A DNA stretch of 11,252 nt from Thermoproteaceae archaeon (GCA_020833025.1 JAJHRB010000050.1:1-11252); one strand, 5' to 3'. Shown: positions 1-8,773, counted from the stretch's first letter. Made by a program: numbers and translations. Notes: generated by a model not told the origin, from the letters alone.

Positions 1-88
1 CGCTCTCTTGCCTGCCGCCCGAATCCCCGAGAACCAGGCCGCAGTACGGGCATCGCGCGGCGGCCTCGGCCGCTGCAGCCCCCTGCAA
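1..88 (-). CDS. possible small CxxC (zinc-binding) protein, runs off the left edge
   Basis: TTG at 88-86 opens a frame reading MQGAAAAEAAARCPYCGLVLGDSGGRQES to the window edge. It has a CPYCG knuckle and GGAGTG a short distance upstream. Only 29 codons are visible. Confidence 0.25.
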   Translation of the reverse strand, partial: MQGAAAAEAAARCPYCGLVLGDSGGRQES

Positions 89-559
89 TCATGCAGCCAC
101 ACTCCGACGACTTGGCCATGTTCTAGCGTCCAGAGGCACGGCCGGCAGCCCCTTCTCGAGACCGGTCCGATCCGGCACGTCCCTGGCCCGAGCTCCGGGG
201 CAAGCCGCGCGGGGGTGCGCGCCTCGCGCCCAGCCTGCCGGGCTCTAGGGCGCCTAGACTTGTACGGCGACCGCGGTCTCGGAGCTGCCTCTGTAGAGGA
301 CAATTTGACTCTGGCGTCTCTGCGTACATAACACGTCCGTCGAGGAGCTGTGACGGCCCCGCGAGTCGCGTTAAGTTGGGCATATTCGCCGGAGCCGCGC
401 CGAATCGGAGGGCGCACTGCCATGGCAAGAGCCGGCTCTTGAGCGCGCCGGCGTCGTAATGTCTTCCACTTTGAGCAGCCGGCTTGGTGGCTTTTAGTTT
501 ACCATGCCTCCCCGCGCCCAGGGCGCCGTTTCAATCGCACGGGCGGCCGGGAGCGCGCC

Positions 560-568
560 CTAAAAATA
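560..568 (+). promoter_or_regulatory. putative TATA box for xpd
   Basis: CTAAAAATA is an AT-rich element in GC-rich DNA. It lies ~27 nt before GTG 588, the spacing seen for other leaderless genes here. Confidence 0.45.
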
Positions 569-586
569 CGCCCACGCCGTGGGCGT
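568..586. repeat. 8-bp inverted repeat over the xpd start region
   Basis: ACGCCCAC-GCC-GTGGGCGT read directly from the sequence. Confidence 0.8.
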
Positions 587-2315
587 CGTGGAGCCTTTCC
601 CCTACGACGAGTTCAGGCCATTTCAGCGGGAAATTTACAAGAGGACGTACTCGGGGCTTAAGAGCGGCGTGCATGTTATCATAAACGCGCCGACGGGACT
701 GGGGAAGACCGCGGCAGTCCTCGGCGCAGTTGTCAAGTACGTGCTGGAGACTGGCGCCTCGGCGCACTACGTGGTTAGAACCAGGACAGAGCTCGAGCCT
801 CCAATTAGGGAGCTCGCCCGGATGGCCGAGCGCGGGGTGGTTGTGGACTATGCCGTGATCAAGAGCAGGCAGGATATGTGCTGCTACGACCAGCTCAAGA
901 GGCTGGACTACCTGGAGTTCCTGGCGGAGTGCGACTTGCTGAGGCGCATGGGAGAGTGCGAGTACTACCCGCCGAAGGACGTCGACGTCCCGCTGCGTAG
1001 CACCTCGGCGTACGTGAGAATGCTGTGCGCGAGCGGGAGCTGCCCGTATGAGTACGCGAGGCAGAGGGTAAGAGAGGCCAGGCTCCTCGTGTCCACGTAC
1101 TACTACGTCTTCGGGCGCGAGCGTGCCGACGTGAAGGACAGGGTAATCGTGATTGACGAGGCCCACTCGCTCGTGGACTCCGTCGCGCGTCTGCACTCCA
1201 TTAGAGTGTCGGAGGCCGACGTGAGGGCGGCATACAAGGAGGCCAGGCGGTACGGATTTGTCGAGGAGGCGAGAAAGATCTACGCCCTGCTGGCTTTTAT
1301 CAAGAGGGCGCGGGGAGTCGCGAGCGTTGACGAGCTCGCGGGAGTGCTGGGGGGCCTTGAGGTGGAGGGCGCGGCGTGGGAAGTAACAAAGCGGAGGATA
1401 GAGAGCGGGGCGAGCCCCTTCACGCCGCTGGTGCTGATAAGGGAGCTGGGGCGAGCGCTGAAGGGCAGGGCGAGGTACTTCATCGAGGCGAGAGCCGAGG
1501 AGTCCGGCAAGGCAATCGTGCTCTACCCGCTGGAGCCGGAGGCCATAATCAGAGATGTCTTGCGGGAGGCGCGCGCGGTCGCTCACATGAGCGGGACTCT
1601 CCCAGTTAGCCTCTACGCAGAGACTCTAGGCGTGGCTAGATACGAGAGAGTAGACATACCGTTCAATGCGTTTGTTCCGCGCAGTAACTACCTGGCAATC
1701 GTGGACGTCGGCGTGACGACGAAGTACGGCGAGAGAGGCGAGGACATGTACCTCAAGATAGCGCAGAGGGTGGCAGCCGTGGTGAACGTCTCGCCCGGCG
1801 GCGTTCTTGCCGTCTTCCCCTCCTACGAGGTAATGAAGGGAGTTAGGAGGTACCTCAGGCTGTCAATTGCGCACTGGTACGAGGATCAGGGCGGAATTGA
1901 CTGGGGGGGACTGCCCGACAGATTCTTCGTCGGCGCTGTCGCCAGGGGGAGATACGCCGAAGGGGTTGAGTACGTTAGGGGCGGGAGGAGTCTGCTCGCG
2001 ACCGTGGTCATCGTGGGAGTGCCGTACCCAGAGCCGGCGCCGTATCTCGAAAGGAGAGTTGAAAGCCTGAAGCCCCGACTGAGGGAGGCGGCGTGGAGTG
2101 CCGTGTACCTGTACGAGGCCGTCGTCAGCGTGAGGCAGGCAGTTGGCAGGCTCTTCCGGGGGCCCCGCGACAGGGGAGTGCTCGTGTTCCTCGACAGGCG
2201 CTACGTAGAGCCGGAGCTCTGGCAGAGCCTGTCCGACGTGCTTGCGGGCTCGATTATTGTTGGCGACGTGAGGGAGAGTCTCAGCGCGATTGAGGACTTC
2301 TTTGGCCGCGGGTGA
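579..2315 (+). CDS. xpd: XPD/Rad3-family Fe-S DNA helicase (SF2, DEAH)
   Basis: Q-motif-like FRPFQRE, Walker A APTGLGKT, Fe-S cysteines (RQDMCC, EC..EC, SCPYE), DEAH, motif III SGTL, FPSY and motif VI QAVGRLFRGPRD. The start may be GTG 588. Confidence 0.92.
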   Translation: MGVVEPFPYDEFRPFQREIYKRTYSGLKSGVHVIINAPTGLGKTAAVLGAVVKYVLETGASAHYVVRTRTELEPPIRELARMAERGVVVDYAVIKSRQDMCCYDQLKRLDYLEFLAECDLLRRMGECEYYPPKDVDVPLRSTSAYVRMLCASGSCPYEYARQRVREARLLVSTYYYVFGRERADVKDRVIVIDEAHSLVDSVARLHSIRVSEADVRAAYKEARRYGFVEEARKIYALLAFIKRARGVASVDELAGVLGGLEVEGAAWEVTKRRIESGASPFTPLVLIRELGRALKGRARYFIEARAEESGKAIVLYPLEPEAIIRDVLREARAVAHMSGTLPVSLYAETLGVARYERVDIPFNAFVPRSNYLAIVDVGVTTKYGERGEDMYLKIAQRVAAVVNVSPGGVLAVFPSYEVMKGVRRYLRLSIAHWYEDQGGIDWGGLPDRFFVGAVARGRYAEGVEYVRGGRSLLATVVIVGVPYPEPAPYLERRVESLKPRLREAAWSAVYLYEAVVSVRQAVGRLFRGPRDRGVLVFLDRRYVEPELWQSLSDVLAGSIIVGDVRESLSAIEDFFGRG

Positions 2316-2736
2316 GCAGGCGCCAGATCGCTATTGTCACGATGACAAGCGCAGCATTGGTGCCCGCTATCGCGACTGCAAGTAGTGGAACGCTCAGCGC
2401 CTCGTTAATTGCCGAGAATATCGCAGTCACCAGGCCGAGCAAGGCCGCGGCGACTGCTACAACGACGCCGAGTAGGGGCAGCGACTGCGCCCTCTCTGCA
2501 GCTGCCGGCGGCCGGGCCGGCGGGATCTCGCGGCGGGGCGGCGGGAGCTGCGGCAGCGGCGGCTGCGGCACGTTCTGAGCGCGCACCGTGGGGACGGTTG
2601 CAGGCAGTGGCGGCCTCACGGGAGGCGGCGGCGGCCTCGTCAGGGGCGCCCTCGCCACGGGCGGCGGCAGCAGCGGCTGTGGCGGCGGCGGCCTTCTCAG
2701 AGGGGGCCTCTCCCGCTCCTGCTCGTTAGCTGACAT
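2281..2736 (-). CDS. hypothetical proline-rich membrane protein (two C-terminal hydrophobic helices)
   Basis: ATG start with a TATA box 21 nt upstream. 31 Pro in residues 11-77, then two long hydrophobic segments. Fills the gap between xpd and topA and overlaps the xpd 3' end by 35 nt. Confidence 0.75.
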   Translation of the reverse strand: MSANEQERERPPLRRPPPPQPLLPPPVARAPLTRPPPPPVRPPLPATVPTVRAQNVPQPPLPQLPPPRREIPPARPPAAAERAQSLPLLGVVVAVAAALLGLVTAIFSAINEALSVPLLAVAIAGTNAALVIVTIAIWRLLTRGQRSPQSR

Positions 2737-2756
2737 GAATGCTTACCGTGACTATC

Positions 2757-2768
2757 TATAAAAGCTTG
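2757..2768 (-). promoter_or_regulatory. BRE/TATA promoter of the proline-rich gene (leaderless)
   Basis: Minus strand CAAGCTTTTATA, ending 21 nt before ATG 2736. The same CAAGCT context occurs at the tuf promoter. Confidence 0.65.
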
Positions 2769-2786
2769 TGTTGGCGCGGCGGTGAG

Positions 2787-2835
2787 AATCTGCCGGAAAT
2801 CTGCAGAGAGCCGCCAGTGCCTTAAAATCTGCCGG
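2787..2835 (+). repeat. direct repeats AATCTGC(CGG) upstream of topA
   Basis: AATCTGCCGG at 2787-2796 and 2826-2835, plus AATCTGC at 2798-2804. The last copy overlaps the TTAAAA box at 2822-2827. Confidence 0.75.
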
Positions 2836-2850
2836 CGCGTCGAGAATTCC

Positions 2851-4665
2851 GTGATTCTAGTAGTTGCCGAGAAGCGCTCGGTGGCTCAGGCAATTGCCAA
2901 GTACCTCGGCGGGACGTACAGGGCCAGGAGGGTTCACGGCGTGCCGGCGTACTACTTCAAGCACGAGGGGAGAGATGCCGTGTCGCTGGGCCTTAGCGGG
3001 CACATTGCCGACTACGACTTCCCGGCCAGGCACAACATCTGGGCACTGACGCCGCCCGAAGAGCTCTTCAGGGTTGCGCCGGTGCTCGTAATCCGCGAGG
3101 ACGCGATTAATTACGTCAGGGCACTAAAGGCCCTCGCGCGGCGCGCGGAGAAAGTGTACCTGGCCCTCGACGCGGACGTAGAGGGAGAGGCAATAGCCTA
3201 CGAGGCGATGCTCGTGATCAGGTCCGTGAACAGGCGCGCCAGCATATACCGCGTGCGCTTCAACGCGGTGACGCATAGAGACATACACGCCGCGTTTAGG
3301 CAGCCTACCGGCATTGACTTGAAACAAGTCGAGAAGGTGTTTGCCAGAATGCAGATAGACCTAGTTCTCGGCGCGGCATTCACGCGGCTCTTCACGCTGA
3401 CCGTGAGGGACCTTCTGAGCTACGGGAGATTTCTGAGCTACGGGCCGTGCCAGACCCCGGTGCTCGGCATTGTTACGTCACGAGAGCTCGAAAGAGCGAA
3501 CTTCAGGCCGGAGAAGTACTACATACTGAGAGCTGCGGTGGAGGTGGGCGGGCACAGACTCGAGGTCTCGTCTACTGCCAGGTTCAAGAGCAGGGAGCAA
3601 GCCGAGGCCGCCGCTGCTGCCGTGAGGCGCGGCGTCGTGAGAGTCGCGAGCTACAAGCAGCAGCACGTGCAGCCGCCGGAGCCTCTCGACACAGTGGAGC
3701 TAGAGCGGCGCGCGAGCAGGTGGCTCGGAATAAACTCAAAAAAGGCGCTGGACACCGCGGAGGGGCTGTACCGCGCCGGCTACATCTCGTACCCCAGGAC
3801 CGAGACGACGATATACCCTCCGACGCTGGATCTCGCCAGGATACTGCGCGATCTCTTGCCTGGCGAGCACGGAGATTACGCGAGAGAGCTCCTCCAGCGC
3901 GGCTTCAGGCCCACGCGCGGCGACTCCAATGACGGGGCCCACCCGCCGATATACCCGGTGAGGGGCGCGACGAGAGACGAGATCTACAGGGCGTTCGGCA
4001 GGCTGGGCCGCCACGCGTGGGCGATTTACGACTTTGTCGTCAGGCACTTCCTGGCAACGCTGAGCCCCCCGGCGCTCGTCGAGAGGCAGAGGGTGGTGGT
4101 AGACTTCGGGGCGGTCCAGCTCGAGGCAGAGGGACAGAGAGTAATAAGCCCGGGGTACTGGAGAGTTTACCCGTGGGAGAGACAGCGCGACGCGCCCCTC
4201 CCCCGCGTGAGCGTCGGGGACGCGGCCGTTGCGGTGAGAGTGGAGGTGCTCGAGAGGGAGACCGAGCCGCCGCCGAGACTATCCGAGTCAGAGCTGCTCG
4301 CAATCATGAGGAGGCACGGAATAGGAACCGACGCCACGATGCAGGAGCACATCCACACGAACATCAAGAGGGGTTACATTAAGCTCGAGGGCAGGAGGTG
4401 CGTGCCGACGGCGCTTGGCATGGCGCTCGCGACAACGCTATTCAAGCACGCGCCGGAGCTGATAGAGCCCACAGTGAGAGCGAGAATAGAGAGGGCGCTG
4501 CAGGACATAGTCAGAGGCAGCGTCTCGCCGCCGAGACTGATAGAGGAGGTGAAGGCAGAGTTCGAGAGGTACTTCCACGCGCTGAAGTCAAAGGGCGAGG
4601 AGGTGAGGCGCGCCCTTGCCGAGGCACTGAGAGAGAGCGCGGCCGGGCGCGCCGCGCGAATTTAA
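2851..4665 (+). CDS. topA: type IA DNA topoisomerase (archaeal TopA/topo III), no C-terminal zinc ribbons
   Basis: TOPRIM motifs ILVVAEK and LDADVEGE, SYGPCQTP, active-site GYISYPRT, and HPPIYP. The start is placed at GTG 2851, 29 nt after TTAAAA, rather than 2782. Confidence 0.95.
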   Translation: MILVVAEKRSVAQAIAKYLGGTYRARRVHGVPAYYFKHEGRDAVSLGLSGHIADYDFPARHNIWALTPPEELFRVAPVLVIREDAINYVRALKALARRAEKVYLALDADVEGEAIAYEAMLVIRSVNRRASIYRVRFNAVTHRDIHAAFRQPTGIDLKQVEKVFARMQIDLVLGAAFTRLFTLTVRDLLSYGRFLSYGPCQTPVLGIVTSRELERANFRPEKYYILRAAVEVGGHRLEVSSTARFKSREQAEAAAAAVRRGVVRVASYKQQHVQPPEPLDTVELERRASRWLGINSKKALDTAEGLYRAGYISYPRTETTIYPPTLDLARILRDLLPGEHGDYARELLQRGFRPTRGDSNDGAHPPIYPVRGATRDEIYRAFGRLGRHAWAIYDFVVRHFLATLSPPALVERQRVVVDFGAVQLEAEGQRVISPGYWRVYPWERQRDAPLPRVSVGDAAVAVRVEVLERETEPPPRLSESELLAIMRRHGIGTDATMQEHIHTNIKRGYIKLEGRRCVPTALGMALATTLFKHAPELIEPTVRARIERALQDIVRGSVSPPRLIEEVKAEFERYFHALKSKGEEVRRALAEALRESAAGRAARI

Positions 4666-4685
4666 CAGCTCTCGGGGCAGGCGGC

Positions 4686-5618
4686 GTGCAAGTCCCCGCG
4701 GATCTCGGCGGCGTTGAGGTGCACCCGCTCGCGTGGCAGGCAGGACCTGACGCCATAATCGAGGCGCCGCCTGGCTTCAAGTGGCTGGCCGTTGAGATAG
4801 CCAGGAGAACCGGCGCATCGGTGTCCGGCAGGCCCGTGTGGGGCGCGTGCGACGTGAGGCTCGACAGCGCGTTCCGCCGCGTGTTTCACGTCGGGCACAG
4901 CGTGCCGCCCAACGTGGCGCACCTGCTGCAGAAGAACCTGGGGGGCGCGCTGAAGATGCTCGAAACTGACGTGTACAAGCTCGAGGCGGGCGCGTTTGAG
5001 GTGTACTTCGTTCCCGTTTACTACAGGCCGCCGCCGCGGCTCCCGAAAATCGAGGGGCCCGGAAAGATTTACTTCCCGCTGCCGTACAGGAGAATAGCAG
5101 AGGCGCTGCGCGAGGAGACCGGGCTCCCGCTAGCCCGGGATCCAATAACTGGCTGCTGGGTAGGCGAGCCGCCGGAGGGCGGGACCGCGTACGTGGTTGC
5201 CTCGGGGCGCTTCCACCCGCTGACCCTCAAGCTGTTCTACCCGGAGGCCTCGGTGTACCAGGTCGACCCCTTCCGCGGCGCGGTGGAGAGCATAGCGGGG
5301 GAGTTCGCGAGGCTTATGAAGCTCAGGGCAAGGGCCCTTCTCGCGACGCCCCGGCGCATTGCCGTCCTGGTGAGCACAAAGCCGGGACAGAGACAGGGCG
5401 ACAAGGCGGCGGAGCTCGCAGCGCGCGGCGCAATCGTGGTAGTGATGGACGACGCGCTGCCGGAGTACATTGACGACATGAGCTTCGAGCTTGTAGTGAA
5501 CACTGCGTGCCCGAGAATAGGGATAGATGACGCGGACAGAATCGCGACTCCGGTGCTCAACTACTTTGAGTTTAAGCTCGGAGCCGTTGACCCCAGGCTC
5601 GCCGTGAGAATGTTATAG
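4686..5618 (+). CDS. dph2: 2-(3-amino-3-carboxypropyl)histidine synthase (diphthamide biosynthesis, Fe-S)
   Basis: Three cluster-ligand motifs WGACD, ITGCW and NTACPRI, plus GRFH and STKPGQ. The start is placed at GTG 4686, 20 nt after the topA stop. The track's start at 4398 lies inside topA. Confidence 0.88.
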   Translation: MQVPADLGGVEVHPLAWQAGPDAIIEAPPGFKWLAVEIARRTGASVSGRPVWGACDVRLDSAFRRVFHVGHSVPPNVAHLLQKNLGGALKMLETDVYKLEAGAFEVYFVPVYYRPPPRLPKIEGPGKIYFPLPYRRIAEALREETGLPLARDPITGCWVGEPPEGGTAYVVASGRFHPLTLKLFYPEASVYQVDPFRGAVESIAGEFARLMKLRARALLATPRRIAVLVSTKPGQRQGDKAAELAARGAIVVVMDDALPEYIDDMSFELVVNTACPRIGIDDADRIATPVLNYFEFKLGAVDPRLAVRML

Positions 5619-5705
5619 CGGACCGGCGGCGCCGGCCGGGATTTATTTACCCGGCGCTTAAGTTCGGCGCGCGCTTTAACGCGTTACCCCAACGCGCATC
5701 TAGGT

Positions 5706-7298
5706 GTGGGGACCGCAGGCCTCCCCGGCGAGAGAGTAGGCATTGTCATTAAGTCGCCGTCAACGCGCTACTTCATATTCAAGCCGTTCAGGGGCGTGGA
5801 GCTGGACGTCGGCACTTTCGTTGCGGTAGAGGTAGACGGGGTGAGAGTTCTGTCGCGGGTCGTTGCGGTGAGGCACAAGAGCGCGGCGGTGGACCCGCGC
5901 CTCATCGCGCAGCTCGACAGCGAGGAGACCGTGAGGGACGTGAAGGAGACGCTGGGCGTAGAGGACGCGCTGTATTACACGGAGGCCAAGGCCGCCGTCC
6001 TGGGCGCTAGAGCAGGGGGCAGAATTTACAGGCCGCAGAAGCCTGTCAGGCCCCTCAGTTACGTCTACAGGACCGCCAAGAGCGAGCTGGAAGAGTTCTT
6101 CGCCCCGAGGGGGGACGGCACTTACATATCCATCGGCAGGATAAAGGGCACGGACATACCCGCGCTCCTGGACGCCGAGAGGCTCGTCACGCACCACTGC
6201 GCGCTCCTGGCAAGCACGGGGGCCGGGAAGAGCTGGCTCGCCGGCATTATAATAGAGCGCCTCAGCCTCCTCGACATACCCATAGTCGTGATAGACCCGC
6301 ACGGCGAGTACTCCGCCATGTCGATTCCCGCGGCGGAGGAGGGCAGGGCCGTTGCCGAGAGGGTGAGGATATACGTGGTCGGCAAGGTCAACACGGAGTA
6401 CGCTGACGCGGCATTCAAGAGGAGGTTCGGCGCGCCCCGCAGCTACGTGAGGGTTGGCATTAACCCGAGGAGCCTGCCGCTGCGCACGCTGGAGAGGATA
6501 CTCGACGCGGTTTACGGTCTCACGGACGCCCAGAGGAGAATCCTGGAGGAGGGCTGGCAGGCAGCCACGAATTACGGCGAGAGGCAGCCGCTGACAACAG
6601 TGGAGGAGCTTGTCCGGGAGGTTCTCGAGCACGGCAAGCACGCCGCACCTCCGGGCTACGCGGGGGAGATGGCCGTGAGAGGTCTCGAGGGGAGGCTGAA
6701 GGCGCTGTTCTACTCAAGCGCCGTCTTCATAACGAGATACGGCGAGACGTATCAGGGGCAGCCAATAAGGCTCATCGAGCCGCATGCCTATGTCACCACC
6801 CCGGCAATTCACGTGTTTGACGTGTCCGGCCTGGACAGCCTGGACCAGCAGGTGTTTCTGGCGGTGCTTCTCGACCAGCTCTACCGCCTTGCAGTCAGCA
6901 GGAGGAGCATGACTACGTTTATTGTGATCGAGGAGGCGCACATATTCGCTCCGGCATCCTCCGCGGCGATCAGCAGGAGCTACGTCGCGAAGATAGCAAG
7001 GGAGGGCAGGAAGTTCGGGCTCGGGCTCTGTCTCATCAGCCAGCGTCCCTCCAAGCTGGACCAGGATGTCGTCTCGCAGGCCATGACGCAGATATTTAAG
7101 AGAATAATCAACCCGCACGACTTGAAGTACGTCATGTACGTGGCCGAGAGCTTGGACGACCCCCGCCCGCTCAAGAGCCTGGACGAGACGGAGGCGCTGA
7201 TCACAGGCATGTCAGTTCCCGTCCCACTGCTCGTAACGGTGGGGCCCAGATGGACCTGTCACGGGGGCGTCACCCCAAAATTGAGGGAGTTGGCCTAG
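5706..7298 (+). CDS. HerA-family (HerA/FtsK superfamily) ATPase with an N-terminal barrel-like domain
   Basis: Walker A LASTGAGKS, IDPHGEY, Walker B IEEAH, AREGRKFG and SQRPS. TTTAA at 5675 lies ~30 nt upstream. Confidence 0.88.
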   Translation: MGTAGLPGERVGIVIKSPSTRYFIFKPFRGVELDVGTFVAVEVDGVRVLSRVVAVRHKSAAVDPRLIAQLDSEETVRDVKETLGVEDALYYTEAKAAVLGARAGGRIYRPQKPVRPLSYVYRTAKSELEEFFAPRGDGTYISIGRIKGTDIPALLDAERLVTHHCALLASTGAGKSWLAGIIIERLSLLDIPIVVIDPHGEYSAMSIPAAEEGRAVAERVRIYVVGKVNTEYADAAFKRRFGAPRSYVRVGINPRSLPLRTLERILDAVYGLTDAQRRILEEGWQAATNYGERQPLTTVEELVREVLEHGKHAAPPGYAGEMAVRGLEGRLKALFYSSAVFITRYGETYQGQPIRLIEPHAYVTTPAIHVFDVSGLDSLDQQVFLAVLLDQLYRLAVSRRSMTTFIVIEEAHIFAPASSAAISRSYVAKIAREGRKFGLGLCLISQRPSKLDQDVVSQAMTQIFKRIINPHDLKYVMYVAESLDDPRPLKSLDETEALITGMSVPVPLLVTVGPRWTCHGGVTPKLRELA

Positions 7299-7325
7299 CG
7301 GGGCCCGCAGAGGCGGGAGAGGGCG

Positions 7326-8663
7326 CTAGGCCTTGACCTGCACCTGTGCCGGCTTGACCTCGACTATCTGGCCGGCCGCGATCGTTCTGCCCATGTCGCG
7401 GAGCGCGAAGCGCCCCAGGGCGGGGAACTCGCCGAACTTCTCCGCGACGACGGGCTTGAGCGGCTTCAGCTTCACGATGGCGACGTCGCCCTGCTTGATG
7501 AACTGCGGCTTGTGCTCCACGGTCTGGCCGGTGCGCGGGTCGAGCTTCGCGACTAGCTCCACTATCTGGGCAGGGACGGTCGCGGTGTGTATGTGCATCA
7601 CTGGCGTGTAGCCCGGCCCTATTGCAGTCGGGTGCCAGAGGACGACAACGCGCGCCACAACCTCCTCGGCCACTGTCGGCATGTTATCCAGCTTGCCCAC
7701 CACGTCGCCGCGCCTGACGTCTTCCTTCGCAATGCCTCTGATGTTAATGCCTATGTTGTCGCCGGGCTGCGCCGCCTCAATTTTCATGTGGTGAGTCTCT
7801 ATAGACCTGACGTCGCCGACCTTGCCGGCCGGCATTATTACTACTTTGTCGCCTGTCTTCAGCACGCCCGTCTCGACTCTGCCGACGACGACAGTCCCAA
7901 CGCCGGTTATGGTGAACACGTCCTGCACCGGCATTCTCAGAGGCTTGTCGACAGGCCTCGGCGGCTGCTGAATCATGTCCAGCGCCTCAAGCAGCGTCGG
8001 CCCGGCGTACCACGGCATGCTCTCTGACCTCTTCGTCACGTTGTCTCCCTTGAGCGCGCTGACTGGTATGAAGGGGACTTTGCCCGGGTCGTAGCCCAGC
8101 AGCTTGAGCAGCTTAGAGACCTCGGCCTTGATCTGCTCGAACCTCTTCTTGTCGTAATTCACTATATCCATCTTGTTCACGGAAACTATTATGTGCTGCA
8201 CGCCGAGCGTCCTGACCAAGAATAGGTGCTCTCTCGTCTGGCCGGCCGGGCCGATTCCGGCCTCGAACTCGCCCGGGCGTGCCGAGACGACAAGCATCGC
8301 GGCGTCGGCCTGGCTGGCCCCGACTATCATGTTCTTGATGAAGTCTCTGTGCCCCGGCAGGTCAATTATTGTGATGAACAGCTTCGGGGTCTCGAAGCCC
8401 ACGTGCGTGGCCTCTATCGTCACGCCGCGCTCCCGCTCCTCCTTGAACCTGTCGAGAATCCACGCGAGGGCGAAGTCCTCCTTGCCCATCTTTTTTGCGT
8501 GCTCCTCTATCTCCTTGAATGCCTTCTCGTCGACATAGCCCGTCTCTATGAGCAGTCTTCCGACCAGAGTCGACTTGCCGTGGTCCACGTGGCCTATCAC
8601 TGCTAGGTTTACGTGCGGTTTCTTGAGCGCGCTCGGCTTCGGCGGCAGCACTATCGACGGCAT
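7326..8663 (-). CDS. tuf: translation elongation factor 1-alpha
   Basis: GHVDHGKS, ERERGVTI, DLPGH, NKMD and GRFALRD. The start codon reads CAT at 8661-8663 and the stop CTA at 7326-7328 on the plus strand, so the gene is on the minus strand. Confidence 0.98.
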   Translation of the reverse strand: MPSIVLPPKPSALKKPHVNLAVIGHVDHGKSTLVGRLLIETGYVDEKAFKEIEEHAKKMGKEDFALAWILDRFKEERERGVTIEATHVGFETPKLFITIIDLPGHRDFIKNMIVGASQADAAMLVVSARPGEFEAGIGPAGQTREHLFLVRTLGVQHIIVSVNKMDIVNYDKKRFEQIKAEVSKLLKLLGYDPGKVPFIPVSALKGDNVTKRSESMPWYAGPTLLEALDMIQQPPRPVDKPLRMPVQDVFTITGVGTVVVGRVETGVLKTGDKVVIMPAGKVGDVRSIETHHMKIEAAQPGDNIGINIRGIAKEDVRRGDVVGKLDNMPTVAEEVVARVVVLWHPTAIGPGYTPVMHIHTATVPAQIVELVAKLDPRTGQTVEHKPQFIKQGDVAIVKLKPLKPVVAEKFGEFPALGRFALRDMGRTIAAGQIVEVKPAQVQVKA

Positions 8664-8682
8664 TGATCCTTCTCTCAAGGCT

Positions 8683-8697
8683 AGCTTTATAAGCTTG
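8683..8697 (-). promoter_or_regulatory. TATA promoter of tuf
   Basis: Minus strand CAAGCTTATAAAGCT. The TATA ends 23 nt before ATG 8663 and is centred in the inverted repeat AGCTT-TAT-AAGCT. Confidence 0.7.
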
Positions 8698-8746
8698 AGA
8701 CGAGAGGGAGCGGGGCGCCCTCAGGGCGGAAGGGGCCGTGCTGACC

Positions 8747-8755
8747 TTTAAAAAG
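8747..8755 (+). promoter_or_regulatory. TATA box of rpl34e (leaderless)
   Basis: TTTAAAAAG begins 27 nt before GTG 8774. Confidence 0.7.
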
Positions 8756-8773
8756 GGCCGCGCCCGCAGTGAC

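Noticed and set aside
145-295. Possible RNase P RNA (GAGGCAGCUCC and GAGAAGGGGC on the minus strand)
   Set aside because: The P4 strands do not pair convincingly and other conserved elements are missing.
8-331. ORFs 8..331 (+) and 123..428 (-)
   Set aside because: Their R/P/G/A-rich composition is typical of GC-rich non-coding frames, and they show no motifs.
494-505. Minus-strand mini-ORF ATG GTA AAC TAA after GGAGG, with a G_GTA_AAC slippery-like site leading into an open -1 frame
   Set aside because: GGAGG is only 1 nt from the ATG, and the -1 product is R/G-rich and resembles no protein I recognise.
527-540. GTTTCAAT resembling a CRISPR repeat end
   Set aside because: There is a single copy, no regular spacing and no cas genes.
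531-1586. 351-aa antisense ORF and other long ORFs nested in xpd, topA, herA, tuf and the gltD-like gene
   Set aside because: These are shadow frames of strongly supported genes with GC-rich third positions.
4398-4685. N-terminal extension of the dph2 ORF
   Set aside because: It lies almost entirely inside topA, and Dph2 similarity begins only after 4686.
8720-8740. TCAGGGCGGAAGGGGCCG resembling SRP RNA helix 8
   Set aside because: It lacks the AGCA strand and lies in a short promoter interval too small for an SRP RNA.
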